Part shown: positions 1 to 12,524 of the stretch, in pieces
How positions within the stretch are numbered: the first letter of the stretch is position 1
How the letters are laid out: every line of letters starts with the position of its first letter
Source: Pristiophorus japonicus
Lineage: Eukaryota
Assembly: GCF_044704955.1 (NCBI RefSeq)
Contig: NC_091992.1
Span: 126,914,001-126,978,000 of the forward strand
DNA: 64,000 nt
Reading direction: 5' to 3'
Program-made: the position numbers and the translations under genes
Notes under the pieces: generated by a model
What the model saw: the letters and a program-made list of their open reading frames with translations, nothing else
Told to the model about the DNA's origin: nothing
Databases searched by the model: none

Positions 1-905
1 TTGTGGTATACATCAATGATCTAGACTTGAATATAGGGGGTATGATTAAGAAGTTTGCAGATGATACAAGAATCGGCTGTGTGATTGATGATGAAGAAAG
101 CTGCGGACTGCAGGAAGATATCAATCAGGTGGGCAGAACAGTGGCAAATGGAATTTAATGCAGAGAAGTGTGAGGTGATGCATTTGGGGAGGGCTAACAA
201 GGAAAGGGAATACACATTAAATGGGAGGACACTGAGAAGCGTAGAGGAACAAAGGGACCTTGGAGTGCAGGTCCACAAATCCCTGAAGGTAGCAGGCCAG
301 GTAGATAAGGTGGTTAAGAAGGCATACGGAATGCTTGCCTTTATTAGCCGAGACATAGAATGCTTGAACTGTATTAAACACTGGTTAGGCCGCAGCTGGA
401 GCACTGCGTGCAGTTCTGGTCACCACATTACAGGAAGGATGTGATTGCACTGGAGAGGGTACAGAGGAGATTTACGAGGATGTTGCCGGGAGTGGAGAAT
501 CTTAGCTTTGAGGACAGTTTGGATAGGCTGGTGGAACAGAGGAGGCTGAGGGGAGACCTCATTGAGGTGTATAAAATTATGAGGGTCCTAGATATAGTGG
601 ATTGCAAGGGCCTATTTCCCTTAGCAGACAACCAGGGGGCATAAACTTAAAGTCATTGGTAAGTTTTGAGGGGAAATTTCTTCACACAGGGGGTGATGGG
701 GGTCTGGAACGCACTGCCTGAATGGTGGTAGAGGCAGAAACCCTCACCACATTACAAAGTACTTGGATGTGCATCTGAAATGCCGTAACCTGCAGGGTTA
801 CGGACCTAGAGCTGAAAGTGGGATTAGGCTGGACAGGCTCTTGTTGGCCGGCACGGACATGAGGGGCCAAATGGCCTCCTTCCGTGCTGTAAATTTCTCT
901 GTTTC
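1..905 (+). mobile_element. CR1-clade LINE 3' fragment (RT C-terminus and 3' tail), degenerate
   Basis: Translations KFADDT..., QWQMEFNAEKCEVMHLG and QFWSPHYRKDVIALERVQRRFTRMLPG are CR1 ORF2 motifs; frameshifted; ends in CR1 tail GGCCAAATGGCCTCCTTCCGTGCTGTAAATTTCT. Confidence 0.9.
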
Positions 906-1836
906 TATAAATTGCCCTCCCCCCAGTCTCGCTGCCTGTTGTGAATGAGGAGGGAGACAGAGTCCTGTCAAATCACCCATATTTCAAGGATGACACCTCC
1001 CCCTCACCCCCCCACCCCCATTTCGGTCTAATTAGCTGCATTTAAAAATATATATTCATATACTTATCTCACTATTGGTTGTATGAAACAGAGTCATTGA
1101 AGGGTTTGTGACAACGCAAAGCTTCTGGGGGGCCTAAAGCAATCTCAAGCAATTTGACTGCATCTATCCTCCTTCAGCACATGATTGCGTCTTCCCCTAA
1201 GTAAAAACGTGCTCGGGTTGGAAAGCCTGGGGGCCCCTCCGCTCCCCCTCTCCCTCCGCTCCCCCTCTCCCTCTCCTATCCCCCCCCCCCCCCCCCTCCT
1301 TCCTTCCTTATTGCACCCCCTCCATTATTTCTGTTGCCGGGGTTTACAGCACTTTATGCTCAGTTGATTGAGCACCTGAGTTGCCATGGCACCTTGTCTA
1401 TAAGACTTTGTGGGGAGGATTTTTTCGAACGATATAAAGCCAGCCCCCAGGCCACTATTTGCATTGAAGTTGAGCAGTGGGGGAAGCTAGGTTCATCCGT
1501 GTATGGGGGGGGGGCAAGAGATCTGGGAATTGGTCGACTTGCCATGAGCTCCCCTCCCTCCATCGCCCGCCCCCCACCCCCCCCCGAAGTTAAGTACTGT
1601 CATGCGAAATGGCCTTTTCGACTGGAATTGATTCCTAGATGACATCCTTTGCCACTAATCTCTAGCGTGGTAAAGCTGTCATTGAAACCCAGCAAGTAAG
1701 TGATCACAAAACGCGTTATCTAGAGTCACAGAAAGGATCACGCTAATTGATTTCTTTCAATGCATGAGTTCAAAGTAGGAGCTAATACAGTAAGTTTTAA
1801 TTTTCACACAAAGAAGGGCAGCAAGTAGGGGGGGGG

Positions 1837-3690
1837 TTGTGTGGAGGGTTGTGTGGAGCGTGTGTCGGGGGGGGGGTGTGGAGCGCGTGTCGGGGGGGGG
1901 GGTGTGGAGCGTGTGTCGGGGGGGGGTGTGGAGCGTGTGTCGGGGGCGGGGTGTGGAGCGTGTGTCGGGGGGGGGTGTGGAGCGTGTGTCGGGGGGGGTG
2001 TGGAGCGTGTGTCGGGGGCGGGGTGTGGAGCGTGTGTCGGGGGGGGGTGTGGAGCGTGTGTCGGGGGGGGGTGTGGAGCGTGTGTCGGGGGGGGGTGTGG
2101 AGCGTGTGTCTGTGGGGGGGGTGTGGAGCGTGTGTCGGGGGCGGGGTGTGGAGCGTGTGTCGGGGGGGGGGGTGTGGAGCGTGTGTCGGGGGGGGTGTGG
2201 AGCGTGTGTCGGGGGCGGGGTGTGGAGCGTGTGTCGGGGGGGTGTGGAGCGTGTGTCGGGGGGGGGGTGTGGAGCGTGTGTCGGGGGGGGGTGTGGAGCG
2301 TGTGTCGGGGGGGGGGTGTGGAGCGTGTGTCGGGGGGGGGTGTGGAGCGTGGGGGCGGGGTGTGGAGCGTGTGTCGGGGGGGGGGGTGTGGAGCGTGTGT
2401 CGGGGGGGGGTGTGGAGCGTGTGTCGGGGGCGGGGTGTGGAGCGTGTGTCGGGGGGGTGTGGAGCGTGTGTCGGGGGGGGGTGTGGAGCGTGTGTCGGGG
2501 GGGGGTGTGGAGCGTGTGTCGGGGGGGGTGTGGAGCGTGTGTCGGGGGCGGGGTGTGGAGCGTGTGTCTGTGGGGGGGGTGTGGAGCGTGTGTCGGGGGC
2601 GGGGTGTGGAGCGTGTGTCGGGGGGGGTGTGGAGCGTGTGTCGGGGGGGGTGTGGAGCGTGTGTCGGGGGCGGGGTGTGGAGCGTGTGTCGGGGGGGTGT
2701 GGAGCGTGTGTCGGGGGGGGGTGTGGAGCGTGTGTCGGGGGGGGGTGTGGGGGGGTGTGGAGCGTGTGTCTGTGGGGGGGTGTGGAGCGTGTGTCGGGGG
2801 CGGGGTGTGGAGCGTGTGTCGGGGGCGGGGTGTGGAGCGTGTGTCGGGGGCGGGGTGTGGAATGTGTGTCGGGGGGGGTGTGGAGTGTGTCGGGGGGGGT
2901 GTGGAGCGTGTGTCGGGGGCGGGGTGTGGAGCGTGTGTCGGGGGCGGGGTGTGGAGCGTGTGTCGGGGGGGGTGTGGAGCGTGTGTCGGGGGGGTGTGGA
3001 GCGTGTGTCGGGGGGGGTGTGGAGCGTGTGTCGGGGGCGGGGTGTGGAGCGGGGGGCGGGGGGGCGGGGGTGGAGCGTGTGTCGGGGGGGATGTGGAGCG
3101 TGTGTCGGGGGGGGGGGTGGAGCGTGTGTCGGGGGGGCGGGGGGGCGGGGGTGGAGCGTGTGTCGGGGGGGGTGTGGAGCGTGTGTCGGGGGGGATGTGG
3201 AGCGTGTGTCGGGGGGGCGGGGGTGGAGCGTGTGTCGGGGGGGATGTGGAGCGTGTGTCGGGGGGGGTGTGGAGCGTGTGTCGGGGGGGGTGTGGAGCGT
3301 GTGTCGGGGGGGGTGTGGAGCGTGTGTCGGGGGGGGTGTGGAGCGTGTGTCGGGGGGGCGGGGGGGCGGGTGTGGAGCGTGTGTCGGGGGGGGTGTGGAG
3401 CGTGTGTCGGGGGGGGTGTGGAGCGTGTGTCGGGGGGGGGTGTGGAGCGTGTGTCGGGGGGGCGGGGGTGGAGCGTGTGTCGGGGGCGGGGTGTGGAGCG
3501 TGTGTCGGGGGGGATGTGGAGCGTGTGCAAGGTGGGGGATGTGGAGGGGGTGGGGGGTGTGTGAGCGTGTGCAGGGTGGGGGTGGGGGGGTGTGGAGCGT
3601 GTGTCGGGGAGGTGCGGAGCGTGTTCGTTGGGGGGGGAGTGGAGTGGGGGGGTGGGAGCATGTCGGGGGGGGGGGGGGGGGCGGGTGTGT
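1837..3690. repeat. G-rich minisatellite, unit ~22-25 bp (GTGTGGAGCGTGTGTCGGGGGGGG)
   Basis: Direct tandem repetition of the unit over ~1.85 kb with variable G-run length; explains the 575-691 aa low-complexity ORFs. Confidence 0.97.
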
Positions 3691-4487
3691 AGGTTGGGGC
3701 GGTTGGAGTTCAGAAGCACCATTAATGAAAGTTCAGATGTGCACTGACCATAATGTTGATGAAATGTAGGAAGACGAGAAAAGCTTGTGATTTGTGGGAG
3801 AGAGGGGAAAGAGAGGGGTCGGAGTATAGATAGATATAAAGGGAGGATGAAGAAAACTGCGTAGTGGAGCAAGAAAGAGGAGGAATGAGAGTGGCAATTA
3901 TTTTTAGAAAGACGCAGTTTGCCTCAGAAAATGTCCCCCACCCCAGGATATTATTCAGAAGCCTCCTCTCATGTGGAAAGTTATTTTAAGCCTGTGACCT
4001 CTAATTAATGCAGTTCTGCTTATTACTAATTGTGTCTGCCATTTGTAATTAAAATGCAGCTAAGAATTGGTGGCAAATGGTCATTTCTGTTATGCATGAC
4101 AATCTCACTTACTGTTACTGTCCTCTTCATAGAGTCATTTAATCATTTCCATTTACCCCCTCTAATAGCATATTACTCATTGCAGCTTCTGTGATTGGAC
4201 CAAATTCTCCAGATATTATAACTTCTGGAGCATTTAATTGCATCATCAGGAAAGAAAATCATCCCGAACAAAAGGGTCCTTTTCTACCAATCCCCGTGTT
4301 AATTATTTGTGTCGGTGATTTATTTGAATCAGTAAAGATAAAATTCCAAGAGATTAAACCACACACGCAAATTGAACGTGGGATGTGGAATTAAAGGGAC
4401 TTGGGCTAATTTAATTGTTAATATTATTGGAATACAAAGGTTAGCCTGTTCCCTTTGAAATCAATTGCTTTTTTTCCCCCCCCTTAG

Positions 4488-4575
4488 ATTTTGTTTCTGA
4501 ATAAAATTGATCTGTTTCAAGAGAAGATTTTGCACTCGGGGAGACATCTCCGACTGTATTTTGCACACTACAGGG
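4488..4575 (+). CDS. gnav1: G protein alpha subunit v, penultimate coding exon (ILFLNKIDLFQEKILHSGRHLRLYFAHYR-G)
   Basis: Polypyrimidine tract + TAG acceptor at 4485-4487, GTAAG donor at 4576; 88 nt; contains the G4 NKxD motif; phase-1 end joins in frame to the exon at 12334. Confidence 0.93.
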
Positions 4576-4689
4576 GTAAGTAAATTCAGGGCATGGAGTC
4601 TGTCTCCATCTCGGTGCTGTGGAATTTCTCACCTTGGTTTGTGGACTTGACCCAGTTCCCCTCTCCTGAAGGCATTGCCTTGTGCTGAG

Positions 4690-4995
4690 GACGGGGTCTG
4701 TGGGAGCTGGAGCAGGGGATGGGGTCTGTGGGAGCTGGGGATGGGGTCTGTGGGCGGGAGCAGGGGCGGGGTCTGTGGGAGCAGGGGACGGGGTCTGTGG
4801 GCGGGAGCTGGGGACGGGGTCTATGGGGACGGGGTCTGTGGGCGGGAGCAGGGGACGGGGTCTGTGGGCGGGAGCTGGGGACGGGGTCTGTGGGCGGGAG
4901 CTGGGGACGGGGTCTGTGGGAGCTGGGGATGGGATCTTTGGGAGCAGGGGACAGGGTCTGTGGGCGGGAGCTGGGGATGGGGTCTGTGGGAGCAG
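4690..4995. repeat. Minisatellite (GGGAGC[A/T]GGGGA[C/T]GGGGTCTGTGGGC-like, ~22-27 bp)
   Basis: Tandem repeats visible directly; intronic to gnav1. Confidence 0.9.
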
Positions 4996-5040
4996 GCCAC
5001 CATCCTGTACCTCACCCAACAGGCCCTCCTTCATCTTAAC

Positions 5041-5490
5041 GTGTGGCTCAGTGGGCAGCACCCTCGCTTCTGAGTTAGAAGGTTGTGGGTTCGAGTCCCA
5101 CCCCAGAGACTTGTGCACAAAAGTCGAGGCTGACACTCCAGTGCTGTGCTGAGAGAGTGCTGCACTGTAGGAGGTGCCGACTTTCGGCCGAGACGTTAAA
5201 CCAAGGCCCCGTCTGCCCCTTTAGGTGCACATAAAAGATCCCATGATACTTTAAGAAGAAGAGCAGGGGAGTTTTCCCTGGTGTCCTGGGCCAATATTTA
5301 TCCCTCAACTAACATCACTTAAATTTTTTTTAAATGTTTATCTGGTCATTATCTCATTGCTGTTTATGGGAGCTTGCTGTGTGCAAATTGGCTGCCATGT
5401 TTCTTACAAAAGGATTTAATTGGCTGTAAAGCGCTTTGGGATGTCCTGAGGTTGTGAAAGGTGCTATATAAATGCAAGTCCTTTCTTTCA
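5041..5490 (+). mobile_element. tRNA-derived DeuSINE (SacSINE1-like)
   Basis: A box TGGCTCAGTGG, B box GGTTCGAGTCC, central GGAGGTGCCG...GAGACGTTAAACC domain, tail GCTATATAAATGCAAGTC; many homologous copies in the window. Confidence 0.85.
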
Positions 5491-5789
5491 TTTCATGTCA
5501 CGTGACCCAAGTCAGCGAGTGGCCATTCCAGTTCTTGCCCTTGGTCCATCGATGTGAACTTCCTCCACCCCTTCTTATCTAACTGTGACTCTGCTGAAGC
5601 CCTGGCTGAAAGCAGCAGAATCAGCACAGACTAGGCATTGAGCCAAGGACCTTCCTTGTCCGCGTAGCTCAGTTCCATACCAGGCAGTACATTTACCAGC
5701 TGTGCCATTGCAGGAGAACCCCCAGAACCTATTAACCCCCAAATATGTTTCTGGGATGCACACGATAATTGCAGTGATGTATTGAATAC

Positions 5790-7690
5790 TATGCCTCAGT
5801 ATTTACCGGGGACTAACAAGGTGGACATGACCTGGGAAGAAGTGACCAAAAAAGATATAAAGATATTTAACATAGATAGTGGGGGAGATAATAAACTAAT
5901 CAACCTTAGAGAGGATAAAACCCCTGGTCCGGATGGATTGCACCCGCGCATATTAAAGGAAGTTAGGGTAGAGATAGCAGAGGTGCTATAACAAACAATT
6001 AAAAATTCATTAGAAAAGCAAATAGTGCCAGTAGATTGGCGGACAGCTAATATGATTCCTGTATTTAAGAAGGGAAATAGAATGAATCCAGGGAACTATA
6101 GACCAGTTAGCTTAATGTCGATGGTAGGAAAGATATTGGAATCTTTATTCAAAGCTGTAAGAGAAAAATATCTAAAACCAATAATATAAGAAAGAGCAGT
6201 CCACATTGATTTCAAAAGGGAAGGTCATGCTTGGCCAACCTTATTTAATTCTTTGAAGAAGTAACAGGAAGAGTAGACAGGGGTGATGCGGTCGATGTAA
6301 TATATTTGGATTTTCAAAAGGCCTTCGATAAGGTACCACATGGTAGACACACGACTAAGATCAGAGCATGTGGCATCGGGATAAGTAGCACTGGATAGCA
6401 AGCTGGCTACAAAGCAGAAAACCGAGAGCAAGGGTTACATAAGAACATAAGAAATAGGAGCAGGAGTAGGCCATCTGGCCCCTTGAGCCTGCTGCACTTT
6501 TTAATATGATCATGACGATCCGATCATGGACTGATCCGATCATGGACTGATCCGATCATCGATCATGGACTGATCCGATCATGGACTGATCCGATCATGG
6601 ACTCGGGTCCACCTCCCCGCCCGCTCCCCATAACCCCTTATTGGTAACTACTCAGACTGACAAAAAATGGGAAGTGGTGTTCCAGAAGGATCTGTGTTGG
6701 GACTACTGTTCATCGTTTGCATAAACGATTCAGACTCTGGAATCGTGGGTACAATTTCAAAATTTGCAGATGACAATTTGAGTGTATCCGGTGACAAAGT
6801 ACAAGAAGACTTTAATAAACTTGCAGAATGGGCATGTAATTAGTGAATTATTTTCAATATAGGTAAGTGTGAGGTGTTATATTTTGGTAGGAAGAATAAG
6901 GAGGTCACATACTGCTTGGATAATGAGACTAAATGGGGCAGAGGAGCAAAGTGATCTAGTGGTAGAGTTGGACAAGATTATAAAAGGGTTTCATAGGGTA
7001 GAAACATAGAAAATAGGTGCAGGAGTAGGCCATTAGGCCCTTCGAGCCTGCACCACCATTCAATAAGATCATGGCTGATCATGCAACTTCAGCACCCCAC
7101 TCCTGCTTTCGCTCCATACCTCTTGATCCCTTTAGCCATAAGGGCCATATCTAACTCCCTTTTGAATATATCTAATGAACTGGCCTCAACAACTTTCTGT
7201 GGTAGAGAATTCCGCAGGCTCACAACTCTGAGTGAAGAAGTTTCTCCTCATCTCGGTCCTAAATGGCTTACCCCTTATCCTTAGACTGTGACCCCTGGTT
7301 CTGGACTTCCCCAACATCGGGAACATTCTTCCTGCATCTAACCTGTCCAATCCCGTCAGAATTTTATATGTTTCTATGAGATCCCCTCTCATCCTTCTAA
7401 ATTCCAGTGATGGCGAGCGGATGTTTCCAAGATAGTCGGCAATAAATCCAATAGGGAATTCAGGAGAAACTTCTTTATTCATAGAGTGGTTAGAATGTGG
7501 AATTCCCTACCACATGGAGTGTTTTAAGGAATATAGCATAGAAGCATTTAAGTGGAAGCCAGATAAACACGAGGGAGAAAGGAATAGAAGGTCACACTGA
7601 TGGGTTAGATGAAGTCGGGTAGGAATGCCTCATGTGGAGCGTAACCACCAACACCAACCAGTTGGGCCAAATGGCCTGTTTCTGTGCTGT
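5790..7690 (+). mobile_element. Old degenerate CR1 LINE with nested younger CR1 3' ends (~6436-6645 and ~7000-7407, both minus strand)
   Basis: PGPDGLHPRILKE, NYRPVSL, YLDFQKAFDKVPH and KFADD remnants with stops; interrupted by reverse-strand tails starting ACATAAGAACATAAG / AAACATAGAAAATAGG. Confidence 0.85.
6515..6603. repeat. Short 16-bp tandem repeat (GATCCGATCATGGACT)n within a CR1 tail
   Basis: About 5 copies seen directly. Confidence 0.85.
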
Positions 7691-8217
7691 AAACTGCATG
7701 AACTGCCAGAGCATTTTATTAATTTAATTTGGCAAATTATTATTTTTTTAAATTTCACTTGTTGGGGTGTTTGACAGTCCTGTTTGTTTGGGTGCCGCTT
7801 GCTAAAACTCCGTCTCTGCCAGCTCCTTTCTCTGGCAACAGCTACAGCTCTGGTGCGTCTGGAGAAAGCTGTTCTGCGAGAGCCCAGTGTGCAGAACCCG
7901 CACATAATGTAGGGGCAGGTAGCGAGCAACAGAACTGCACTCGCAACACAAACTGGATTCTGATTCAGTTTGTTGTGACGGAAACAGTGGATCTAATTAG
8001 GATTAATGACTGGAGTGGGAGGGCTACAGTAACCGAGAATAACATCACGCTAGTATTAAGCTCCCTTTCCACTCTTGTGTTCAGTGCTTTCAGATCTTTT
8101 TGAAATGTCAGCTGGGATCGAGGGATAAATAATCATTCTGATCATTTTCTGTACTTCACTGGGAACGGTATAGTCGCATGTCTCTGGGCTTTGATGTGTC
8201 AAAAAGCACCTATTTTC

Positions 8218-8480
8218 AGTGTTGTGGGCGTCACTGGCAAGGCCGGCATTTATTGCCCATCCCTAATTGCCCTTGCGAAGGTGGTGGTTAGCCGCCGCCT
8301 TGAACCACTGCAGTCCGAATGGTGAAGGTACTCCCACAGTGCTGTTAGAGAAGGGAGTTCAATGGGGGAGTTGACCCAGCGACGATGAAGGAACAGCGAT
8401 TATATATCCAAGTCAGGATGGTGTGTAACTTGATGGGGAACTTGGAGGTGGTGGTGCAATGCACCTGCTGCCCTGGCCCT
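8218..8480 (-). mobile_element. Non-LTR retrotransposon 3' fragment (CR1-group, distinct family)
   Basis: Reverse strand ends GGGATGGGCAATAAATGCCGGCCTTGCCAGTGACGCCCACA, a LINE-like 3' end; family assignment from recognition only. Confidence 0.55.
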
Positions 8481-8879
8481 TCAAGGAATTGGGAATAACT
8501 AGTGCAAATTTCCACATCTATTTTGTTGTTCATGCTCCTTGCTCCTTTCTGGTCATTGCTCCTCTGAGCTCTCATCGTTTATCCCTGCTAAGTTCCCAAT
8601 TCTCTATCCTTCACCCTCTCTCCCTCCTCCTAGCATTTGTAGTCCTGTCTTCTTTTCTACCCTGTCAGGAAATTGGGTTCAGGCTAAAACTAATAGTGAG
8701 ACTTATTTACAAGGCAGAAGAATACACAGAAGCACACATACACTGCAAGTCGCTGATGTGATGTTTGGTGGGTGAGGCAGTTTTCCTGCTCACGACCTGG
8801 AGTCCAAGTGTGAATTCCAGAAACTGAATTAGAGTTGAACTGCAAAGATGGCCTTATTTCAAAAGAAAGCTTTTCATGA

Positions 8880-9285
8880 GCAGACTTTGGAGAGGGTACA
8901 GAAGAGATTTACGAGAATGGTTCCAGGGATGAAGGATTACAGTTACGTGGATAGACTGGAGAAGGTGGGTTTGTTCTCCTCAAAGCAGAGAAGATTGAGA
9001 GGAGATTTGATAGAGATGCTCAAAATTATGGCAAAAGAACCAGAGGCGACATGAAAGACTTTTTTATGCAACGAGTGGTTTGGATTTGGAACACACTGTC
9101 TGAATCTGTGTCCACTGCCCTATCGTAGCCTTCAAAAGGGAACTGGATAAAAAAAAATGAAGGAGAAAAGAATTGCAGGGATATGGGGGAAGAGCAGGGA
9201 AGTGGGACTACCGGATTGCTCTTTGAAAGAACCGGGCCCAGACTCGATGGGCCGAATGGTCTCCTGCGCTGTATGATTCTATGAG
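8880..9285 (+). mobile_element. CR1 3' fragment
   Basis: LERVQKRFTRMVPGM...RRLRGDLIE and tail GGGCCGAATGGTCTCC...TGATTCTATGA. Confidence 0.85.
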
Positions 9286-10509
9286 AATATACTTTGCTGA
9301 TGTACAGTCCCCACCACATAAATTGCCCCCGCTTATCACGGGCATTTGTTTATATCGGAAAACTAGTGCTAACCATTTTCCATTACCGTAAGAATTGAAT
9401 AACATTTCAAAGACAGACCAGTTAGTAACTGAAATCTCCTTAATTAGTTTCAGATCAGCGGCGGTGTCACAACACACGGAGGTAGCCAACACATTGAACA
9501 TTTGCATAAATCAGGACAATTTTGTGTTCTGGTCACTCCCCTGACATAAGGACACAACGAACCCTGTAAAGATACAGCTATTCAAAGACCATTTTAAATT
9601 CACAATTACTCTCTGTCTAAAGTCCTGTATGAAAAATATAATACAAGGTTTTTCCCTATTTTGATACAGGACATTGCCATAAACAGGACTAGATAAACAC
9701 AAACTCTTGCTGCTGTTGTCAGTGAGCTAATTAAACCACCCAGTCCTGTTCAGGCTCCTGTCTCTGTTCTTAATTCCAGCATAAGACATGTCCGAGCATT
9801 CCCACTGGAGTGAACGATTGCTCCCAAAGCATTTGTTAATATTAGTGCGGACATGAAATTGAAATGTGAGGGTTGCGCTTGGCGTGTAAAGATGGAAGCA
9901 ACCACAGGAAATCAAACTGTCCCTTTTATTAACCAAGAGTGCGGTGAATTCTGAGAGAGCGCGTGCATCTTTCTGAATGTGGGCTCTGTCAGAATTCCAC
10001 CCAGTCTCTGCAGGTGGGACAGCAGAGAATGGTGCTGATCGAAACGACAGCAGAAGACTCCTGATAAAGGCAGGATCATTTCTCCGGAAAGATGCAGTGA
10101 GTGGAGAATGGTTACATCAAACAAATTATGCTGCGAGAGGTCAATCCCAGTGAGTTGCAGCAGTACAATCTCCAGGCGTGATTAGGTGGAATTACAGAGA
10201 ATACACAGCACGGAGACTGGCCATTCAGCCCAGATCGTCTGCGCTAGTCTATACTCCCCACAAGCCTCCTGCCATTCCATTGACCTCATCTCAACCTTTC
10301 AGCATATCTTTCTACTTTCTTTTCTCTCGTACTCGTCTAGTTTTCCTTTTCAAGAACATAAGAAATAGGAGGGGGTAGTATCGTGCAGTTCCAACACTTG
10401 CTTCTCTTTATCCTCCCTCACAAGATTAAAATGTCTGTTGACCCACAGCTCAGATCTGGAGAGGCTTGAGCATTCCAGTTCAGTAGCAGGTTCATTTGCT
10501 CCCTCTTCA

Positions 10510-11300
10510 GTACAACAGCTTGCATTTATATAGCGCCTTTAGCGTAGTACAGCGCCCCCAAGGTGCTTTACAGGAGTGTTGGATATGAGCCACATGGGAT
10601 CTATGGGGAGGTGGCCAAAAGCTTGGTCAAAGAGGTAGGTTTTTAACAAAGCGTCTTAAAGGAGGAGCGAGCGAAATGGAGAGATTTAGGGTGGGAACTC
10701 TACGGCTTAGGGACCAGGCAGCTGAAGGCACGACCGCCGATCAGGGATGAAGATCAGGGATGGGCAAGAGGCCAGAATTGGCGGAGAGGGTTGCAGGGCT
10801 AGAGGAGGTTACGGAGATAGGGAGGGGCGGGGCCATGGAGGGGGAATTGAAAACTCATTCTGTCTGAGGCTGAACCAGACTCTTTGCAACCTCGGAGTCA
10901 TATTTGACCCTGAAATGAGCTTCCGACCACATATCCGCAGCCTAACTAAGACCGTAACATCGCCCGTCTCCGCCCTGGCCACAGGAAGCCCTCATCCACG
11001 CCTTTGTTACCTCTAGACTTGGCTACTCCAACGCACTCCTGGCTGGCCTCCCACATTCTACCCTACGTAAACTAGAGGTGATCCAAAACTCGGCTGCCCT
11101 GTGTCCTAACTCACACCAAATCTCACTCACCCATCATCCCCTGTGATCACTGACCTACACTGGCTCCCGGTTAAGCAACTCTCGATTTCAAAATCCTCAT
11201 CCTTATTTTCAAATCCTTCCATGGCTTCGCCCCTCCCTATCTCTATAAGCTCCTCCAGCCCCACAACCTCCCCCCGAGATGTCTATGCTCCTCTAATTCT
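10510..11300. mobile_element. L2-like LINE fragments (minus ~10510-10850, plus ~10855-11300)
   Basis: NLGVIFDPEMSFRPHI, SRLGYSNALLAGLP and LHWLPVKQ are L2 ORF2 C-terminal motifs; similar copies at 34250, 37520 and 54840. Confidence 0.8.
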
Positions 11301-11384
11301 GAAATTGACCTCAATGGCCTGGACTTTATACAGGGAGATGAGATGTTTGTTCACGTAAAAACGTTATACTTCGCAGATAAAAGA

Positions 11385-11775
11385 AAGGCCTTGTACTTAT
11401 ACAGCAAGACGCTTTACAGCCAATGAAATACTTTTGGAGGGTAGTCACTGTTGCAATAACGGCAGCCAATTTGCGAACAGCAAGCTGCCACAAACAGCAA
11501 TGTGACGATCGGATAATCTGCTGTTTGAGAAATAAAGCTAGCCAGGGCACCAGGGAGAACTCCTCTGCTGCTCTTCAAAGTAGTGCCATGGGATCTTTTG
11601 CATCCAGAACAGACGGGGCCTCGGTTTAATGTCTTATCGTAAAGACGGCACCCTCGACAATGCGGCACTCCCTCAGTACTTCACTGGTGTGCTCAAGTCC
11701 CTAGAATGGAAATTGAACCCACAACATTCTGACTCAGATCTGAGTGGGCCACCCACTGGGCCACGAGCTGACACT
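11385..11775 (-). mobile_element. DeuSINE (SacSINE1-like), degenerate
   Basis: Reverse-complement similarity to the copy at 5041. Confidence 0.75.
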
Positions 11776-12333
11776 TATTATGGAAGTAGCTGTTGGTTGG
11801 CCCAGCATGTTGGGTCACAGTGCAGGGATGTAGCTTTGTGCCCAGCTCTATTTTGAGTGTTTTATCTTGGCCAGAACTAACCTCCACTTGATGTCCACCT
11901 CCCACCCTCAACAACATCACGGCTTTAGTGCTGAACCTGGCTTCACCCCCCGCCCCCTCCCACCCACCAGTCGACTATCAGTAACTGAACATAACATAAG
12001 AAGTAGGAGCAGGCCATTCGGCCCCTCGAGCCTGCTCCGCCATTCAGTGAGATCATGGCTGATCTGATCTTGGCCTCAGCTCCACTTCCCTGCGCTATCC
12101 CCATAATCCCTCGATTCCCTTAGTAACCGAGCAGTATGGACAGCAGATCGTGGCAATGGGATGGCAAGCAGCCCAGAACATGATGATGTGGCACGGAGGC
12201 AACGGGGTCAACGATGGGAGGGGAGTTAACGATGGGAGGAGTGGGAGGCAACGGGGTCAATGATGGGAGGGGGGGGGGTCAGTAGTGAATGGCTGACGCA
12301 GTGTTGACTATCTTTTCGTTGCCCCCCGCCCAG

Positions 12334-12524
12334 GTGCCGACTGTGACGTGGACTCTGCTGCCCGTTACGTCGCAAGTCAGTTTCTGTCGCTCAACAGAAG
12401 CCCAGCGAAGATGGTCTACCATCATTTCACCACTGCCACCGACACCTCCAACGTCCAGATCGTCTTTCAGGTCGTCATGGACACCATTATAAAGGAGAAC
12501 CTGGAAGCTGTTTCACTGCTTTAA
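12334..12524 (+). CDS. gnav1: G protein alpha subunit v, last coding exon (G-ADCDVDSAARYVASQFLSLNRSPAKMVYHHFTTATDTSNVQIVFQVVMDTIIKENLEAVSLL*)
   Basis: CAG acceptor at 12331-12333; 2 nt + 63 codons to TAA at 12522-12524; G5 motif TTATDT and C-terminus ENLEAVSLL as I recall for teleost G-alpha-v. Confidence 0.93.

Noticed and set aside
1625-1702. Possible additional gnav1 exon ending at CAA|GTAAGT
   Set aside because: No frame gives the expected preceding G-alpha sequence (NRL.ES..LF..ICNN); that exon probably lies upstream of the window.
1757-3872. Five overlapping 575-691 aa Pro/His/Thr- or Gly/Cys/Val-rich ORFs
   Set aside because: Open on both strands in several frames because the minisatellite unit lacks stop codons; no coding signature.
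5041-5105. tRNA-like A and B boxes (also at ~32600, 35400, 43190, 43700, 61765)
   Set aside because: These are SINE heads followed by SINE bodies, not tRNA genes.
5497-5506. Perfect CLEAR palindrome GTCACGTGAC
   Set aside because: Single isolated site in a gnav1 intron next to a SINE tail, with no promoter context.
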